49,149 nucleotides of DNA from Clostridia bacterium (GCA_017508605.1 JAFVYN010000175.1:1-49149), one strand, 5' to 3'. Shown: positions 1 through 10,082, counted from the stretch's first letter. Notes: generated by a model from the sequence alone, not told the origin. Translations and numbers: made by a program.

Positions 1-45
1 CTTCACTGCGTAGCAACTTCACTTTTGCGATAGCAAAAACTTCAC
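1..45. repeat. Short hairpins separated by (A)CTTCAC direct repeats; truncated by the window start
   Basis: CTTCAC-TGCgtaGCA-ACTTCAC-TTTTGCgataGCAAAA-ACTTCAC. Confidence 0.6.
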
Positions 46-50
46 AAAGC

Positions 51-102
51 AGAAAAAGAGATAACATTTCGGCTACGAACCGATTTGTTATCTCTTTCTT
101 CT
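51..102. terminator. Long imperfect inverted repeat, possible bidirectional terminator downstream of the CotH gene
   Basis: AGAAAAAGAGATAACATTTCGG-ctacgaa-CCGATTTGTTATCTCTTTCTTCT. Confidence 0.55.
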
Positions 103-244
103 GTATAAGGGTTTGGGCTTAGCCCATAAAGCATTTGACCGGTCAAATGCGATGCTCGCACTGAATAGCGCTTTTCAAATTCTCCGCTAAAAACAGCACC
201 TATTCGGCTTTCGTGTCTTTTGGTATGGCGGTCACAATGCGCGA

Positions 245-1699
245 TCAGTTCCACCAGTCGCCCCACCAGCCGCCGCCCGAGCTTTCATAACCGCCCTGAG
301 CGTACAGCTCTTCGGAATTGAAGAGGGTGTCGATATAGGTGTAGCGTTCGGTGAACCAGGTGCGAAGATGATCTACGTTTTCCTTATAGGATTTGAAGCG
401 AAGGACCGCGCGCGGCTCCTGGTTGATCTTTCTGTTGAAGACCTTCCATAGGGTGAAGTTTTGTGACATATCGTCATTGAAACAGACGAGGAAACGGTCG
501 ATCTCATACAGCATGGCATCGTAAAGGGTGGTCTTGACCTCATTCCAGCGTTTTAAGAGCATATCGCAGAACCAGGTCTGATTCATAAGAAGATAAAACC
601 ACTCGTGCTGCTGCATCATGTCGGTCTTTTCGCCGACGTAAAGGGTCTCTACCGCGCCGTTGTCGAGTCTTTCATCGTTGCCGAGCGCAAGGTCAAAGTC
701 CCAGGGGCAGGTGAAATAAATCTTATCCCCCGCCTTTTTGACCATGAAGAAGGAGGAATAGCCCACGTCGGTATTCTTGACGAGTGCTTGCAGAATGAAG
801 GTGTCGATGAAGGAGTCAAGGTCGATATAGCGGCTGACCTCTGCCCGATTGCCGTTTCTGATGGCTTCGTGCGTATCCTCGAAATAGCGGCGCAGGAATT
901 CGCATTTGTCATCAGCAAGCTCGGAATCAAGATAATCGCTCTTGATATTGTACTTGGTACGGTTGATGCGGAAATACGAAATGCCCTCTGTACCGTCCTG
1001 GTCAGCATAGCTGTCACGCTCGATGAGATAATCGGTGTCGATCTCGTTGGGGTTTTCGGCAATATTGATACGGTAATCGTTGATATTATGCTGTTCGACT
1101 ACCTGATACACTCCGGCATATTCCCCGTTGACGTAAAGCTGAACGAAGGAGGATGAGGAGCAGAACTCAATATGCGAAAGCAAGCGTCCCGCCGTGAAAG
1201 CGAGATGGTTGCGAAGAAAACTCTTGTCGCAGTGATTGGCAAGCAGGACCCAGCTTTTGGCGGGGCCGTAGCCCTGACCGAAGAGATTGACCTTTTCGGT
1301 GAATTTGAGGCGGTAGGATTTCTTTTCGGTGTCAGTATAGGTGTAGTTGCCGCGGCAACGCACCTCAGTCGAGCGGTCGGAGAAGCCGAAGATGCTGTCA
1401 TCCAGCGTACCCGATACCGATACCGTCGCGCCGATATACTCATCGCGCGAGACGATCGGAGCGTTGTCGGTCGTGTTGATATGGATGGTGGGCAGGGCTG
1501 CGTTCTTTTCGGATTCCATGCCGATGGCGGAGGGGTTGCCCACCGTCAGGGGCTTTTCGGTGGTGATCGGCAGAGTCATTTCGGGCGAGGCGGTTGTGCC
1601 GCCGCCGATATCCGTTGTGCCGTCGGGTGTCTCACAAGCCGTGACGAACAGCGCGATCATAAGAGCAAGAAGGGCAAAAAGCAAATACTTTGTTTTCAT
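245..1699 (-). CDS. CotH kinase family lipoprotein
   Basis: Lipobox FVTA-C; CotH motifs RGN, KKSYRLKF, WVLLAN.CDKSFLRN, YVNGEYAGVY, N.D, PWDFDLALGN. Confidence 0.9.
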   Translation of the reverse strand: MKTKYLLFALLALMIALFVTACETPDGTTDIGGGTTASPEMTLPITTEKPLTVGNPSAIGMESEKNAALPTIHINTTDNAPIVSRDEYIGATVSVSGTLDDSIFGFSDRSTEVRCRGNYTYTDTEKKSYRLKFTEKVNLFGQGYGPAKSWVLLANHCDKSFLRNHLAFTAGRLLSHIEFCSSSSFVQLYVNGEYAGVYQVVEQHNINDYRINIAENPNEIDTDYLIERDSYADQDGTEGISYFRINRTKYNIKSDYLDSELADDKCEFLRRYFEDTHEAIRNGNRAEVSRYIDLDSFIDTFILQALVKNTDVGYSSFFMVKKAGDKIYFTCPWDFDLALGNDERLDNGAVETLYVGEKTDMMQQHEWFYLLMNQTWFCDMLLKRWNEVKTTLYDAMLYEIDRFLVCFNDDMSQNFTLWKVFNRKINQEPRAVLRFKSYKENVDHLRTWFTERYTYIDTLFNSEELYAQGGYESSGGGWWGDWWN

Positions 1700-1746
1700 G
1701 TGTTAAGTCCTTTTGACATCGTATCGGAAAACACCGACCAAATTCC

Positions 1747-1775
1747 ATTATACTATGGATCATTGGTTTTGTCAA
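1747..1775 (-). promoter_or_regulatory. SigmaA promoter of the CotH gene
   Basis: Minus strand TTGACA-17 nt-TATAAT, perfect consensus. Confidence 0.8.
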
Positions 1776-1815
1776 TTGACGAATTGTAAACAATCAGAGC
1801 CAAGGCGCATGAGAC

Positions 1816-4347
1816 TCAGCGCTTGATCAGGCGCCAATAGGTGTCGGTGCAGTGTGAGAAGCGTTCGTAGTCGGAGACCGATTCTCTTTGGTGAGGCTCG
1901 GTGAAGGTCAGGGCTTTTCCATGACAGAAGAAGCCGATGACCTCGCCGTCCTTGACAAGCGCGTGGCGGGGATACAGCCGTTTGTACGTCACGGTATAGT
2001 CGGGATAGCCGTCCTGCGACCATTCGAAATCGGTACCGCTGTAATCGGTATAGGAACGTGTGCCGTATTCGAGCTTCCAGCCGTTACAGATCGGAATCAT
2101 CGCGTCGACTTCCTCTTTGTTGCACGCAACGTACTCAAAGCTTCCGACACCCTTGACGTCGACGGCGTCGCGCGAGGACGCCTTGCTGAAGCGGTAGCAG
2201 TGCGTAAAGCTGTCGGGATCGTCGGGATACGGGGGCAGACGGATATCGTCAAAGGCAATATCGGAGATCACGATATCGGTATCGGGCAGGTTGACCGCCT
2301 TGAGCGAGGGGCAACCGAAGAAGGCAAGCGCTTCAATCGTTCTGACGCTTGCGGGAACCGTGACGGCTCTGAGATCTACGGCGCGCATAAATGCCTTGGC
2401 GGCGATCGTCTCGACCCCGTCGGGAATGACAAGCTCAGTTATGGGCTTGCCGTTCAGACGGTAGCGGCGGTTCAGATTCTCGGGAAAACGGAGGGTACCC
2501 TGACAGAGCTTGAAAAGATCGTGATCCGAAAGGTCGACGGTCAGCGCGAGATCCTCGGAAAGCGCCTTCTTTCCGAAGTTTTGGCATTCGGCGGTGATTG
2601 TAAGGGAGGTGATCCCTGTATTTGTCAGCGCTTCGTCACCGATCCCGGTGAGAGCCTTTGTCAGCGTGAGCGATTCAAGATCGGAACAGTCATAAAAGAT
2701 ACGCTCGGGCAGATAGTTGCCGAGAAGCGTGGCGCTCTTCAGATGCTTGCAGTAAGCAAACGCGCTCTCACCCCAGCAGTCCGCATCGGGAACGGTGATC
2801 TCGCCAATCGCCGTGTGATAAAACGCTTGCATGCCGATGGTTTTTACAGCGGCGGGAAGCGTGATCTCTTCAAGGCTTGTACAGTCTTTGAAGGCTTCGC
2901 TTTCGATCTCGGTGAGCGTTTCGGGAAGAACTGCCGACCGAAGAGAGCTACAGCCGCTGAACGCCTTATATCCGATACGCTTGCATTGCTTCGGAAGTGT
3001 CAGACTGACAAGGGAGGTACAGCGAGAGAACGCGCCCGTTCCGATCTCTTCGAGGTTCTCGCCAAAGACGGTCTCGCGAAGCGAGGTACAGCCATGGAAT
3101 GCCATATTGCCGATCGACTTGAGGCTTTGGGGAAGCGCTACGGTCTCCAAGGAGGTGAAATGGCAAAATGCCTTCTCGCGGATCGTCTCGACACCCTCGG
3201 GGATCACAAGATCCTTCACATTCTCGCCATGGATCAGATACGTAAGACTGGTATAGTAACTGAGGGGAAGCTCTTTGGGAGTCGTACACCAGGCGTTGAG
3301 GTCGGTGATGTTCAGCTTGAGGGTCACCTTGCCCGATTGATATGTTCCCTTACTGAAAGCATCCGCTCCGATCGATCGGATGCCGTCGGGCAGCGTGACG
3401 GAGGTCAGCCCGTCACAGGAATGAAATGCCTTTTCGCCGACCGTTCTGACACCTTCGGGCAGGATGACGTCGGAAAGCTTTTTACAGCCGCTGAACGCAT
3501 AATCTTCAATGGCGTCAAGTCCCTTCGGAAAACCGACCTCCTCCAGCACGGTGCAACCATTGAACGCGAATTTGCCGATCACCTCGATGCCGTCGGGCAG
3601 ATCGATCTTCCGAAGGCTTGTACAGCCGTAAAACATACTGCTTCCAAGCTCCTTGAGTCCCGCGGGCAATGTGACGGAGGTGAGAGCGCCGCAACTTGCA
3701 AAGGCATTTCCGCCAATGGTCCCGACGGTGTCGGGCACCGTGATCGATCTCAGGTTTATGCAATTACCGAAGGCACCGTCTCCGATGCTGTTCAGGGAGT
3801 CGGGCAGGGTGATGGCGACCAGGGAGCGGCAGTCGAAGAAGGCAGAGGATGCGATCTCAACAAGGCTTTCGGGAAGGGTAACAGATGTGAAGGCGCGGCA
3901 GTGTGAAAAGGCAGAATCCGTGATCCTTGTCACACTCTCGGGAATGACAAGCTCGGTGATCTCCTCGCCATTCAGAAGAAAATGCATTTCTTCCACACGG
4001 GACAGCCCGGGTGCATGCTCACACCACGAGCGAAGCTCGTCAAGGCTCTTCAGTCTGACGGTGACGGTGATATTTTGGGCAAACTGTTCCTCTCGCCCGA
4101 AGGCTCCTTTGCCGATCGTTTGGACACTCGCGGGGATGGAGATCTTTTTCAGGTGAAAATAAATACTGCTGAAGGCTCCCTCACCGACCCTTGTCACGCC
4201 GTCAGGCAGGGTGATCTCACGGACGATGCCGGGACAGTAGAGGTTGTCGGCGATCTCGGTCACGCCGTCGGGAATGACGAGACGGCTGCCGCCGGTATCG
4301 TGAATCGCTTCCAAAACACCGTTTTTGATCGTTACTATCGGATTCAT
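1816..4347 (-). CDS. BspA-type leucine-rich repeat (LRR_5) protein with an uncharacterised 144-aa C-terminal domain
   Basis: Many ~23-aa repeats of the form LxxvxLPxxLxxIgxxAFxxCxxL; no signal peptide; RBS AAGGAG upstream. Confidence 0.9.
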   Translation of the reverse strand: MNPIVTIKNGVLEAIHDTGGSRLVIPDGVTEIADNLYCPGIVREITLPDGVTRVGEGAFSSIYFHLKKISIPASVQTIGKGAFGREEQFAQNITVTVRLKSLDELRSWCEHAPGLSRVEEMHFLLNGEEITELVIPESVTRITDSAFSHCRAFTSVTLPESLVEIASSAFFDCRSLVAITLPDSLNSIGDGAFGNCINLRSITVPDTVGTIGGNAFASCGALTSVTLPAGLKELGSSMFYGCTSLRKIDLPDGIEVIGKFAFNGCTVLEEVGFPKGLDAIEDYAFSGCKKLSDVILPEGVRTVGEKAFHSCDGLTSVTLPDGIRSIGADAFSKGTYQSGKVTLKLNITDLNAWCTTPKELPLSYYTSLTYLIHGENVKDLVIPEGVETIREKAFCHFTSLETVALPQSLKSIGNMAFHGCTSLRETVFGENLEEIGTGAFSRCTSLVSLTLPKQCKRIGYKAFSGCSSLRSAVLPETLTEIESEAFKDCTSLEEITLPAAVKTIGMQAFYHTAIGEITVPDADCWGESAFAYCKHLKSATLLGNYLPERIFYDCSDLESLTLTKALTGIGDEALTNTGITSLTITAECQNFGKKALSEDLALTVDLSDHDLFKLCQGTLRFPENLNRRYRLNGKPITELVIPDGVETIAAKAFMRAVDLRAVTVPASVRTIEALAFFGCPSLKAVNLPDTDIVISDIAFDDIRLPPYPDDPDSFTHCYRFSKASSRDAVDVKGVGSFEYVACNKEEVDAMIPICNGWKLEYGTRSYTDYSGTDFEWSQDGYPDYTVTYKRLYPRHALVKDGEVIGFFCHGKALTFTEPHQRESVSDYERFSHCTDTYWRLIKR

Positions 4348-4401
4348 ACAAAGGTTCTCCTTTTCGGTTGTATTCTGCGAAAGGGTATGGCTTTTTATTT
4401 C

Positions 4402-4430
4402 AGTATAGCACGGTTTTGATGAATTTGCAA
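4402..4430 (-). promoter_or_regulatory. SigmaA promoter of the first LRR gene
   Basis: Minus strand TTGCAA-17 nt-TATACT with extended -10 TG. Confidence 0.65.
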
Positions 4431-4463
4431 TGTTTTTTTATGCTTTCGGGAATGTTTTTGCCC

Positions 4464-4508
4464 AAAAACAGATGCCCCCGATCGCCTTGCGGCGATCGGG
4501 GGGTTATC
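4464..4508 (-). terminator. Intrinsic terminator of the second LRR gene
   Basis: CCCCCGATCGCC-ttgc-GGCGATCGGGGG hairpin with a T-run on the minus strand. Confidence 0.75.
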
Positions 4509-7361
4509 TCAGCGCTTGTGAAGACGCCAGAAGTAATCGGTGCAATGCTCAAATCTTGCGTTGTCGGAAATCTCACGGTGATCATAGGGCTTTGAGAAGA
4601 GCATGGCTTTGTCATCGAGAAAGAAGCCGATGACCTCGCCGTCCTTGACGAGGCAGTGACGGGGATAGAGCTTGCGGTGGGTTCTTTTGTAATCGGGGGG
4701 ACCGTCGTATGACCATTCGAAATCGGTACAGCTGTAATCGGTATAGGAGCGCTCGCCCGAGGTCCACTTCCAACCGTTGCAGACGAGGGTGAGTGCCTTT
4801 GTCTCTTCCTCGGTGCAGGCTGTATCGGTGAAATATCCGACGTCCTTGACCAAAACGGCATTCTCGGAAGGTGTTTCGGTATAGCGGTAGCAATGCGTGA
4901 AGGCTTCGGGATCGTTGGTGTAGGGCGGCAGATGAATATCGTCAAAGGCGGTTTCCGAGATCCTGATATCGGTGTCGGGCAGAATGACCTTCGTGAGCGC
5001 GGGACAGCCGAAGAAGGCGAAGCTTTCGATCGAGGTCACACTCTCGGGGACGGTGAGAGAAACGAGATCAACGGCGCGGCGGAAGGCGTCCTCGGCAATC
5101 ACGGTAACGCCGTCGGGGACCGTAAGCTCTCTCAAGGGCTTACCGTCCACGATGAAGTGCATGGGATGATCGGGCAGAACACGTGAAGCACAGCGTGCCT
5201 TGAGATCGGTGACGGTCATATACAGCTGAAGCGAGGAACACTCGGCAAAGGCATGCTCATCTATGTGAGAGAGTGTGTCATAAAAGGCAACGGTCTTCAG
5301 ATTAAGACAGCCCTTGAAGACCTCTTCTTCGATGCTTGATACCTCGCTGCCGAGAGAGATGCTCTCAAGCGCGGTCAGATCGGAGAAGACGTGTGTCTCA
5401 AGCGTCTTAATACCGTTTCCGAGGGTGACATTCTTCAGCCCCGTACAATTCGAAAAGGCATATCTGTTCAGCGCCGTGACGCTATCGGGCAGCGTGATCT
5501 CCTTAAGGCTTTGGCAGAAGCCGAAGGCAAAGGTTCCGATCGATTTTACGCCTTGGGGAATCGTAACTGCTTTCAGCTTGCCGCATCCGAAAAAGGCGTA
5601 ATCCCCGATCGCTTCCAGGCTTTCGGGAAGGGTAATGGATTCAAGATCCACGTATTCTCTGAATTGATTATTCGAAATCTCGCGCGTTCCCTCGGGCAGG
5701 GTGATATGGGTGATCGGCTTGCCGTTCATGACAAGACGCAGATGGAGGGAAGAATCGCTGACGGAAAGGGTCGGGGAAGCAAGCCAGCTTTCCACACTGT
5801 CGATCTCACAGGTGATAGCAATGGGATCGAATCGGTAAAAGGCTCTGTAGCCAACGGTTTTGACGCTTGCGGGAAGCGTGACCTGTTTGAGTGCTTTACA
5901 GCCGTTGAACGTGTTCTTACGGATCTCGGTGATGCCGTTTTCGATCATAAGGCTGTCGAGCAACAGGCAGTCCCGGAAGGCATCCTCGCCAAGATAGGTA
6001 AGGCTTGATGGCAAGGTAACGGAATTCAGAACGGTGCAGCCCGAAAATGCGGCGTTGCCGATGATCTTGATCCCGTTCGGCAGTGTGATGCGCTCCAATT
6101 GTCTGCAACGCTCGAAGGCGGACGCGCCGATCTTTTGTATGCTTGACGGCAGGGTGAGAGAGCGAAGCGACGTGAAATCCGCAAAAGCGGAGTCGGCGAT
6201 CGCCATCACGCCTTCGGGGATCACAAGATCGGTGACAGGCTTTCCGTTGAGAAGGTATCCTGACTGAAAATAGCCGCCCTTCATGGGGGTTTGGCAGAAC
6301 GCGGCAAGATCGCCGATCTCACGTATGACGGTGACGCTGCCACCGAAGGCATTGTACGCTACCTCAGTCAAGCTGCACGGCAATATCACGGTTTTCAGCG
6401 CCTTGCAGCTGTAGAAGGCATAGGGCTTGATGATCCTGACGCCTTCTTTGATGACAACGGAAGAGAGTGTGTCACAGTTTTCAAAGGCTTTTTCACCAAC
6501 GGTATCAACGCTGCCGGGAATGACGATGGCAGCGAGAGCGTCGCATTCTCGGAAGGCGCCCTCTTCAATCGTTTCGATGCCTTCGGGAAGGATCGCCTCA
6601 CTAAGGCTTCGACAGCCCCCAAAGGCGCTTTCACCGATGTGCTTCAGGTTTTTGCCGAAGGTGACAGACGTCAGCTTGGAGCAGCCTCCAAACGCATTCT
6701 CCTCAATGGCAGTCACGCTGTCGGGCAGGGTGACTGAGGTCAATTCCTCCGCCCAATAGAATGCCTTGGGACCAACCCTTGTGATTCCCTCGGGCAGGGT
6801 CACGGCGCGGAGCTTGGTGAAATAAAAGGCTTCCTCACCGATCTCGCGAAGGGATGCGGGCAAGCGGATCTCGGTCAGGTTGAAGCAGGAGGAAAAGGCA
6901 CCCTCTTCAATCGTCGTGACGGTATCGCTCAAGGAGACGCTTGAAAGATCGTAGCAATCGTCAAACGTACCCTCACGGATCTCGGTCACGCCGCTGCCGA
7001 CCGTAACGGACCTCAGGCTCTTACATGAGCTGAATGCCCAGGCGTCAAGCAACGTGACGGTGTCGGGAATCGTGACCTCGGTGAGACTTTCGCAAAGGCT
7101 GAACGCCGATCTTCCGATGGTCGTGACGCTTTTGGGAATGTCGATCTTTTTCAGCTTGTGGCAAGAGGAAAACGCGCGATCGCCGATCTCCGTTACGCTG
7201 TCGGGGATCGTAACCGAAACCAGGCGGTCATTGGCGGCATATTTGCCGTCAGTAAAGGCTTTTGATGCGATCCTGACAACGCCGTCCGGAATATCAATAT
7301 GCTTGGCAGAGGTGCTTGCGTGGACCAGAACGCCGTTTTCGATGATAAAATCTTTTGACAT
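4509..7361 (-). CDS. BspA-type LRR protein, paralog of 1816-4347 with the same C-terminal domain
   Basis: LRR_5 repeats; start moved to ATG 7361 (MSKDFIIENG) behind RBS AAGGAG; last 144 aa align without gaps to the neighbour. Confidence 0.9.
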   Translation of the reverse strand: MSKDFIIENGVLVHASTSAKHIDIPDGVVRIASKAFTDGKYAANDRLVSVTIPDSVTEIGDRAFSSCHKLKKIDIPKSVTTIGRSAFSLCESLTEVTIPDTVTLLDAWAFSSCKSLRSVTVGSGVTEIREGTFDDCYDLSSVSLSDTVTTIEEGAFSSCFNLTEIRLPASLREIGEEAFYFTKLRAVTLPEGITRVGPKAFYWAEELTSVTLPDSVTAIEENAFGGCSKLTSVTFGKNLKHIGESAFGGCRSLSEAILPEGIETIEEGAFRECDALAAIVIPGSVDTVGEKAFENCDTLSSVVIKEGVRIIKPYAFYSCKALKTVILPCSLTEVAYNAFGGSVTVIREIGDLAAFCQTPMKGGYFQSGYLLNGKPVTDLVIPEGVMAIADSAFADFTSLRSLTLPSSIQKIGASAFERCRQLERITLPNGIKIIGNAAFSGCTVLNSVTLPSSLTYLGEDAFRDCLLLDSLMIENGITEIRKNTFNGCKALKQVTLPASVKTVGYRAFYRFDPIAITCEIDSVESWLASPTLSVSDSSLHLRLVMNGKPITHITLPEGTREISNNQFREYVDLESITLPESLEAIGDYAFFGCGKLKAVTIPQGVKSIGTFAFGFCQSLKEITLPDSVTALNRYAFSNCTGLKNVTLGNGIKTLETHVFSDLTALESISLGSEVSSIEEEVFKGCLNLKTVAFYDTLSHIDEHAFAECSSLQLYMTVTDLKARCASRVLPDHPMHFIVDGKPLRELTVPDGVTVIAEDAFRRAVDLVSLTVPESVTSIESFAFFGCPALTKVILPDTDIRISETAFDDIHLPPYTNDPEAFTHCYRYTETPSENAVLVKDVGYFTDTACTEEETKALTLVCNGWKWTSGERSYTDYSCTDFEWSYDGPPDYKRTHRKLYPRHCLVKDGEVIGFFLDDKAMLFSKPYDHREISDNARFEHCTDYFWRLHKR

Positions 7362-7413
7362 AACAGACTCCTTTGAATGTTTTCGCCGTGTCATGGGAAA
7401 ATACCGTATATTC

Positions 7414-7442
7414 ATTATAACACAAAAAGCGTCCTTTGGCAA
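7414..7442 (-). promoter_or_regulatory. SigmaA promoter of the second LRR gene
   Basis: Minus strand TTGCCA-17 nt-TATAAT with TG extension. Confidence 0.7.
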
Positions 7443-7556
7443 GGTGTTTTTATGATTTCATCGTCCGTGAAACGCTTTTTTGCGCAGGGAGACCTTTTCT
7501 CGCGGGTCATCCTTCAGGGATCATCCTTCGCGGATGAGATAGTTTCAAGATAACTC

Positions 7557-7585
7557 TTGACTGAGAAGAAATTTTGTGCTATAAT
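7557..7585 (+). promoter_or_regulatory. SigmaA promoter of ruvCAB
   Basis: TTGACT-17 nt-TATAAT with TG extension. Confidence 0.75.
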
Positions 7586-7638
7586 GTACTATCTATTACT
7601 ATGGGTAAGTATGACCGTTTGAAAATGGAGGTGATTTC

Positions 7639-8139
7639 GTGATCATTCTTGGGATCGACCCGGGGCTTGCGATCGTGGGCTATGGGGTGATCGAATATAA
7701 CAAGGGGCGCTTTCGCACCCTGGCGTACGGGGCGATCACGACACCGGCGCATACAGCAGTGGAGGCGAGGCTTTCGCTGATCTACCGTGACATGAAGGCA
7801 CTGATCGACAAGTATCATCCCGATGAGGTGGCGATCGAGGAGCTGTTCTTCAATACCAACTCCACCACGGCGATCGCGGTTGCCGAGGCGAGAGGCGTGA
7901 TCTTGCTCGCCTGCCATCAGAACGGTATCGCTTGTTATGAATACACGCCCCTTCAGGTGAAATCCTCGGTGGTCGGCTACGGTAAGGCTGACAAACAGCA
8001 GGTCATGATGATGGTGAGGACGATCCTGAAGCTTGACAAGGCGCCGAAGCTTGACGATACCGCCGACGCGCTTGCCATTGCCATCTGCCATGCGCACACG
8101 GGCGGCTCGATTCTGAAGAATTTCTACAATCTGCCCTGA
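7639..8139 (+). CDS. ruvC: Holliday junction resolvase RuvC
   Basis: ILGIDPG, AIEELFF, EYTPLQVK, GYGKADK, DDTADALAIAICH; GGAGG RBS and GTG start. Confidence 0.97.
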   Translation: MIILGIDPGLAIVGYGVIEYNKGRFRTLAYGAITTPAHTAVEARLSLIYRDMKALIDKYHPDEVAIEELFFNTNSTTAIAVAEARGVILLACHQNGIACYEYTPLQVKSSVVGYGKADKQQVMMMVRTILKLDKAPKLDDTADALAIAICHAHTGGSILKNFYNLP

Positions 8140-8156
8140 GGGGCCAAGGAGGACGC

Positions 8157-8765
8157 ATGTTCCATTATTTCAAAGGTATTCTCGCTCACTGCGTGGGATC
8201 GGTGGCGGTGGTGGATTGCGGCGGCGTGGGGTATAAGCTCACGGTCAGCGGCACGACCTCGTCCAAGATCGCGGGTAAGGTGGGCAGTGAAGTCAAGCTG
8301 TATTCCTATCTCGCCGTCCGTGAGGACGCCATGGAGCTGTACGGCTTTTATAACGAAGAGGAGCTTGACGCCTATAAGCTTCTGACAACGGTATCGGGCA
8401 TCGGTCCGAAGGCGGCGATCGCGATCCTTTCGATCCTGACGCCCACCGCTTTGGCGGCGGCGATCGCATCGGGTGACACCAAGGCGATCTCCCGCGCGCA
8501 GGGTGTCGGCGGCAAAACGGCAGCCCGCGTGGTGCTTGAGCTGAAGGATAAATTTACCTTCTTCGGCGAGGGCGATGCCGACACTTCGCCTTCGGGCGGC
8601 GGTGCCGCGGCGGTGGTTTCGACCTCCGCTTTTGCCGAGGCGAGCGAGGTTCTGACGGTGCTTGGGTTCTCGCGCGCGGAGATCGCGGGCGCTCTCAAGA
8701 AAGCCGATCCCTCCCTTGACAGTGAAGCGCTTGTCAAATACGCCCTGAAGCAACTGACGAAATAA
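8157..8765 (+). CDS. ruvA: Holliday junction branch migration protein RuvA
   Basis: GGVGY, VREDAMELYGF, VSGIGPKAA, GVGGKTAARVVLELKDK. Confidence 0.97.
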   Translation: MFHYFKGILAHCVGSVAVVDCGGVGYKLTVSGTTSSKIAGKVGSEVKLYSYLAVREDAMELYGFYNEEELDAYKLLTTVSGIGPKAAIAILSILTPTALAAAIASGDTKAISRAQGVGGKTAARVVLELKDKFTFFGEGDADTSPSGGGAAAVVSTSAFAEASEVLTVLGFSRAEIAGALKKADPSLDSEALVKYALKQLTK

Positions 8766-8780
8766 CGGTAGGTGAACGCT

Positions 8781-9869
8781 ATGAGTAATTTTGAAGAATT
8801 TGAACTGGATTCACGCCTTCTCGCTCCCGAGGAGACGGGGGAGGACAGTGACGAGGGCGCGGAATTTTCGCTCCGTCCCCAGCGCCTTACCGAATACATC
8901 GGACAAAGCCGCGCGAAGGAGAATCTTTCGGTCTATATCGAAGCTGCCAAGAGCCGCCGCGACGTGCTTGACCATGTGCTGTTATACGGTCCTCCCGGTC
9001 TCGGTAAGACCACGCTTTCCAATATCATCGCCAACGAAATGAACGTGTCGATCCGTGTGACCTCGGGTCCCGCCATCGAAAAGCCCGGCGATCTTGTGGC
9101 GCTTCTCACCAATATGGCGGAAAACGATATTCTCTTCATCGACGAGATCCACCGTATGTCCCGCGCGGTCGAAGAGGTGCTGTACCCCGCCATGGAGGAC
9201 TATGAGATTGATATCATCATCGGCAAGGGTCCCGCGGCGAGATCGTTCCGCATGAAGCTTCCGAAATTCACCCTGATCGGCGCGACGACGCGCGCGGGTC
9301 AGCTTTCCCAGCCGCTTCGCGACCGCTTCGGCGTTCTTCTGAAGCTGGAGCTGTACTCCCCCGAGGAGCTTTACGAGATCGTCAAGCGCTCGGCGGGTAT
9401 TATGAATTACGAGATCACCCGTGACGGTGCGATGAAGATCGCCGCCTGCAGCCGCGGTACGCCCCGTATCGCCAACCGCCTACTGAAGCGCGTCAGAGAC
9501 TTCGCGCAGGTCAAGGGTACAGGCGTGATCGACGAGGAGATCGCGACCTACGCTCTCCGTCAGCTTGAGATCGACCATCTCGGTCTTGACAGCGTGGACA
9601 GACGCATGCTCGAGACCATCATTACGCTCTATCACGGCGGTCCCGTCGGTCTTGAAACGCTTGCCGTCACCATCGGCGAGGAGGCGGTGACCATCGAGGA
9701 CGTGTACGAGCCATACCTCATCCGTATCGGCTTTATCGCGCGTACCTCACGGGGCAGATGCGCGACCCGTCTTGCCTACGATCACCTTGGCATCCCCTTC
9801 CCGAAGCAGTCCGGCGCAGGCACAGTCGCAGCGCAGACCGGCATGTTTGACGGTGAGGAAGAGTCGTAA
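8781..9869 (+). CDS. ruvB: Holliday junction branch migration helicase RuvB
   Basis: [42 protein letters not shown]; start could also be GTG 8772. Confidence 0.97.
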   Translation: MSNFEEFELDSRLLAPEETGEDSDEGAEFSLRPQRLTEYIGQSRAKENLSVYIEAAKSRRDVLDHVLLYGPPGLGKTTLSNIIANEMNVSIRVTSGPAIEKPGDLVALLTNMAENDILFIDEIHRMSRAVEEVLYPAMEDYEIDIIIGKGPAARSFRMKLPKFTLIGATTRAGQLSQPLRDRFGVLLKLELYSPEELYEIVKRSAGIMNYEITRDGAMKIAACSRGTPRIANRLLKRVRDFAQVKGTGVIDEEIATYALRQLEIDHLGLDSVDRRMLETIITLYHGGPVGLETLAVTIGEEAVTIEDVYEPYLIRIGFIARTSRGRCATRLAYDHLGIPFPKQSGAGTVAAQTGMFDGEEES

Positions 9870-9977
9870 AAAATCGAAAGATCTTGTTTTTCCGTTTTTC
9901 GGAATCGCCCTCTCACCCTTCGGGAGAGGTGGCGGCGCCGGGGAGGATAGGGTAACCGAAGCAGGCAACCGGAACGG

Positions 9978-10082
9978 GTGACTAAGCGAGATCATTCAGT
10001 TAAAGTAAATTCTCATGCTTGACAGAAAGCCCTCTCACCCGCTGCGCGGGAGCTCTCCCGTGGGGAGAGCCTTGGGTTAGCG
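9978..10082. repeat. Repeat A copy 1 (105 bp)
   Basis: GTGACTAAGCGAGATCATT...CTTGACAGAAAGCCCTCTCACCCGCTGCGCGGGAGCTCTCCCGTGGGGAGAGCCTTGGGTTAGCG. Confidence 0.95.

Noticed and set aside
1888-3906. 672-aa plus-strand ORF
   Set aside because: Antisense shadow of the LRR gene, with no RBS or recognisable motifs.
1816-4943. Duplicated LRR C-termini as a diversity-generating retroelement VR/TR pair
   Set aside because: Differences involve all bases and include synonymous changes, both copies are coding gene ends, and there is no reverse transcriptase in the window.
7560-7638. LexA (SOS) box upstream of ruvCAB
   Set aside because: No GAAC-N4-GTTC-like site is visible.
10019-10024. TTGACA in each repeat A copy as a portable promoter
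   Set aside because: No -10 hexamer lies 16-18 nt downstream; that position is the GC-rich hairpin.
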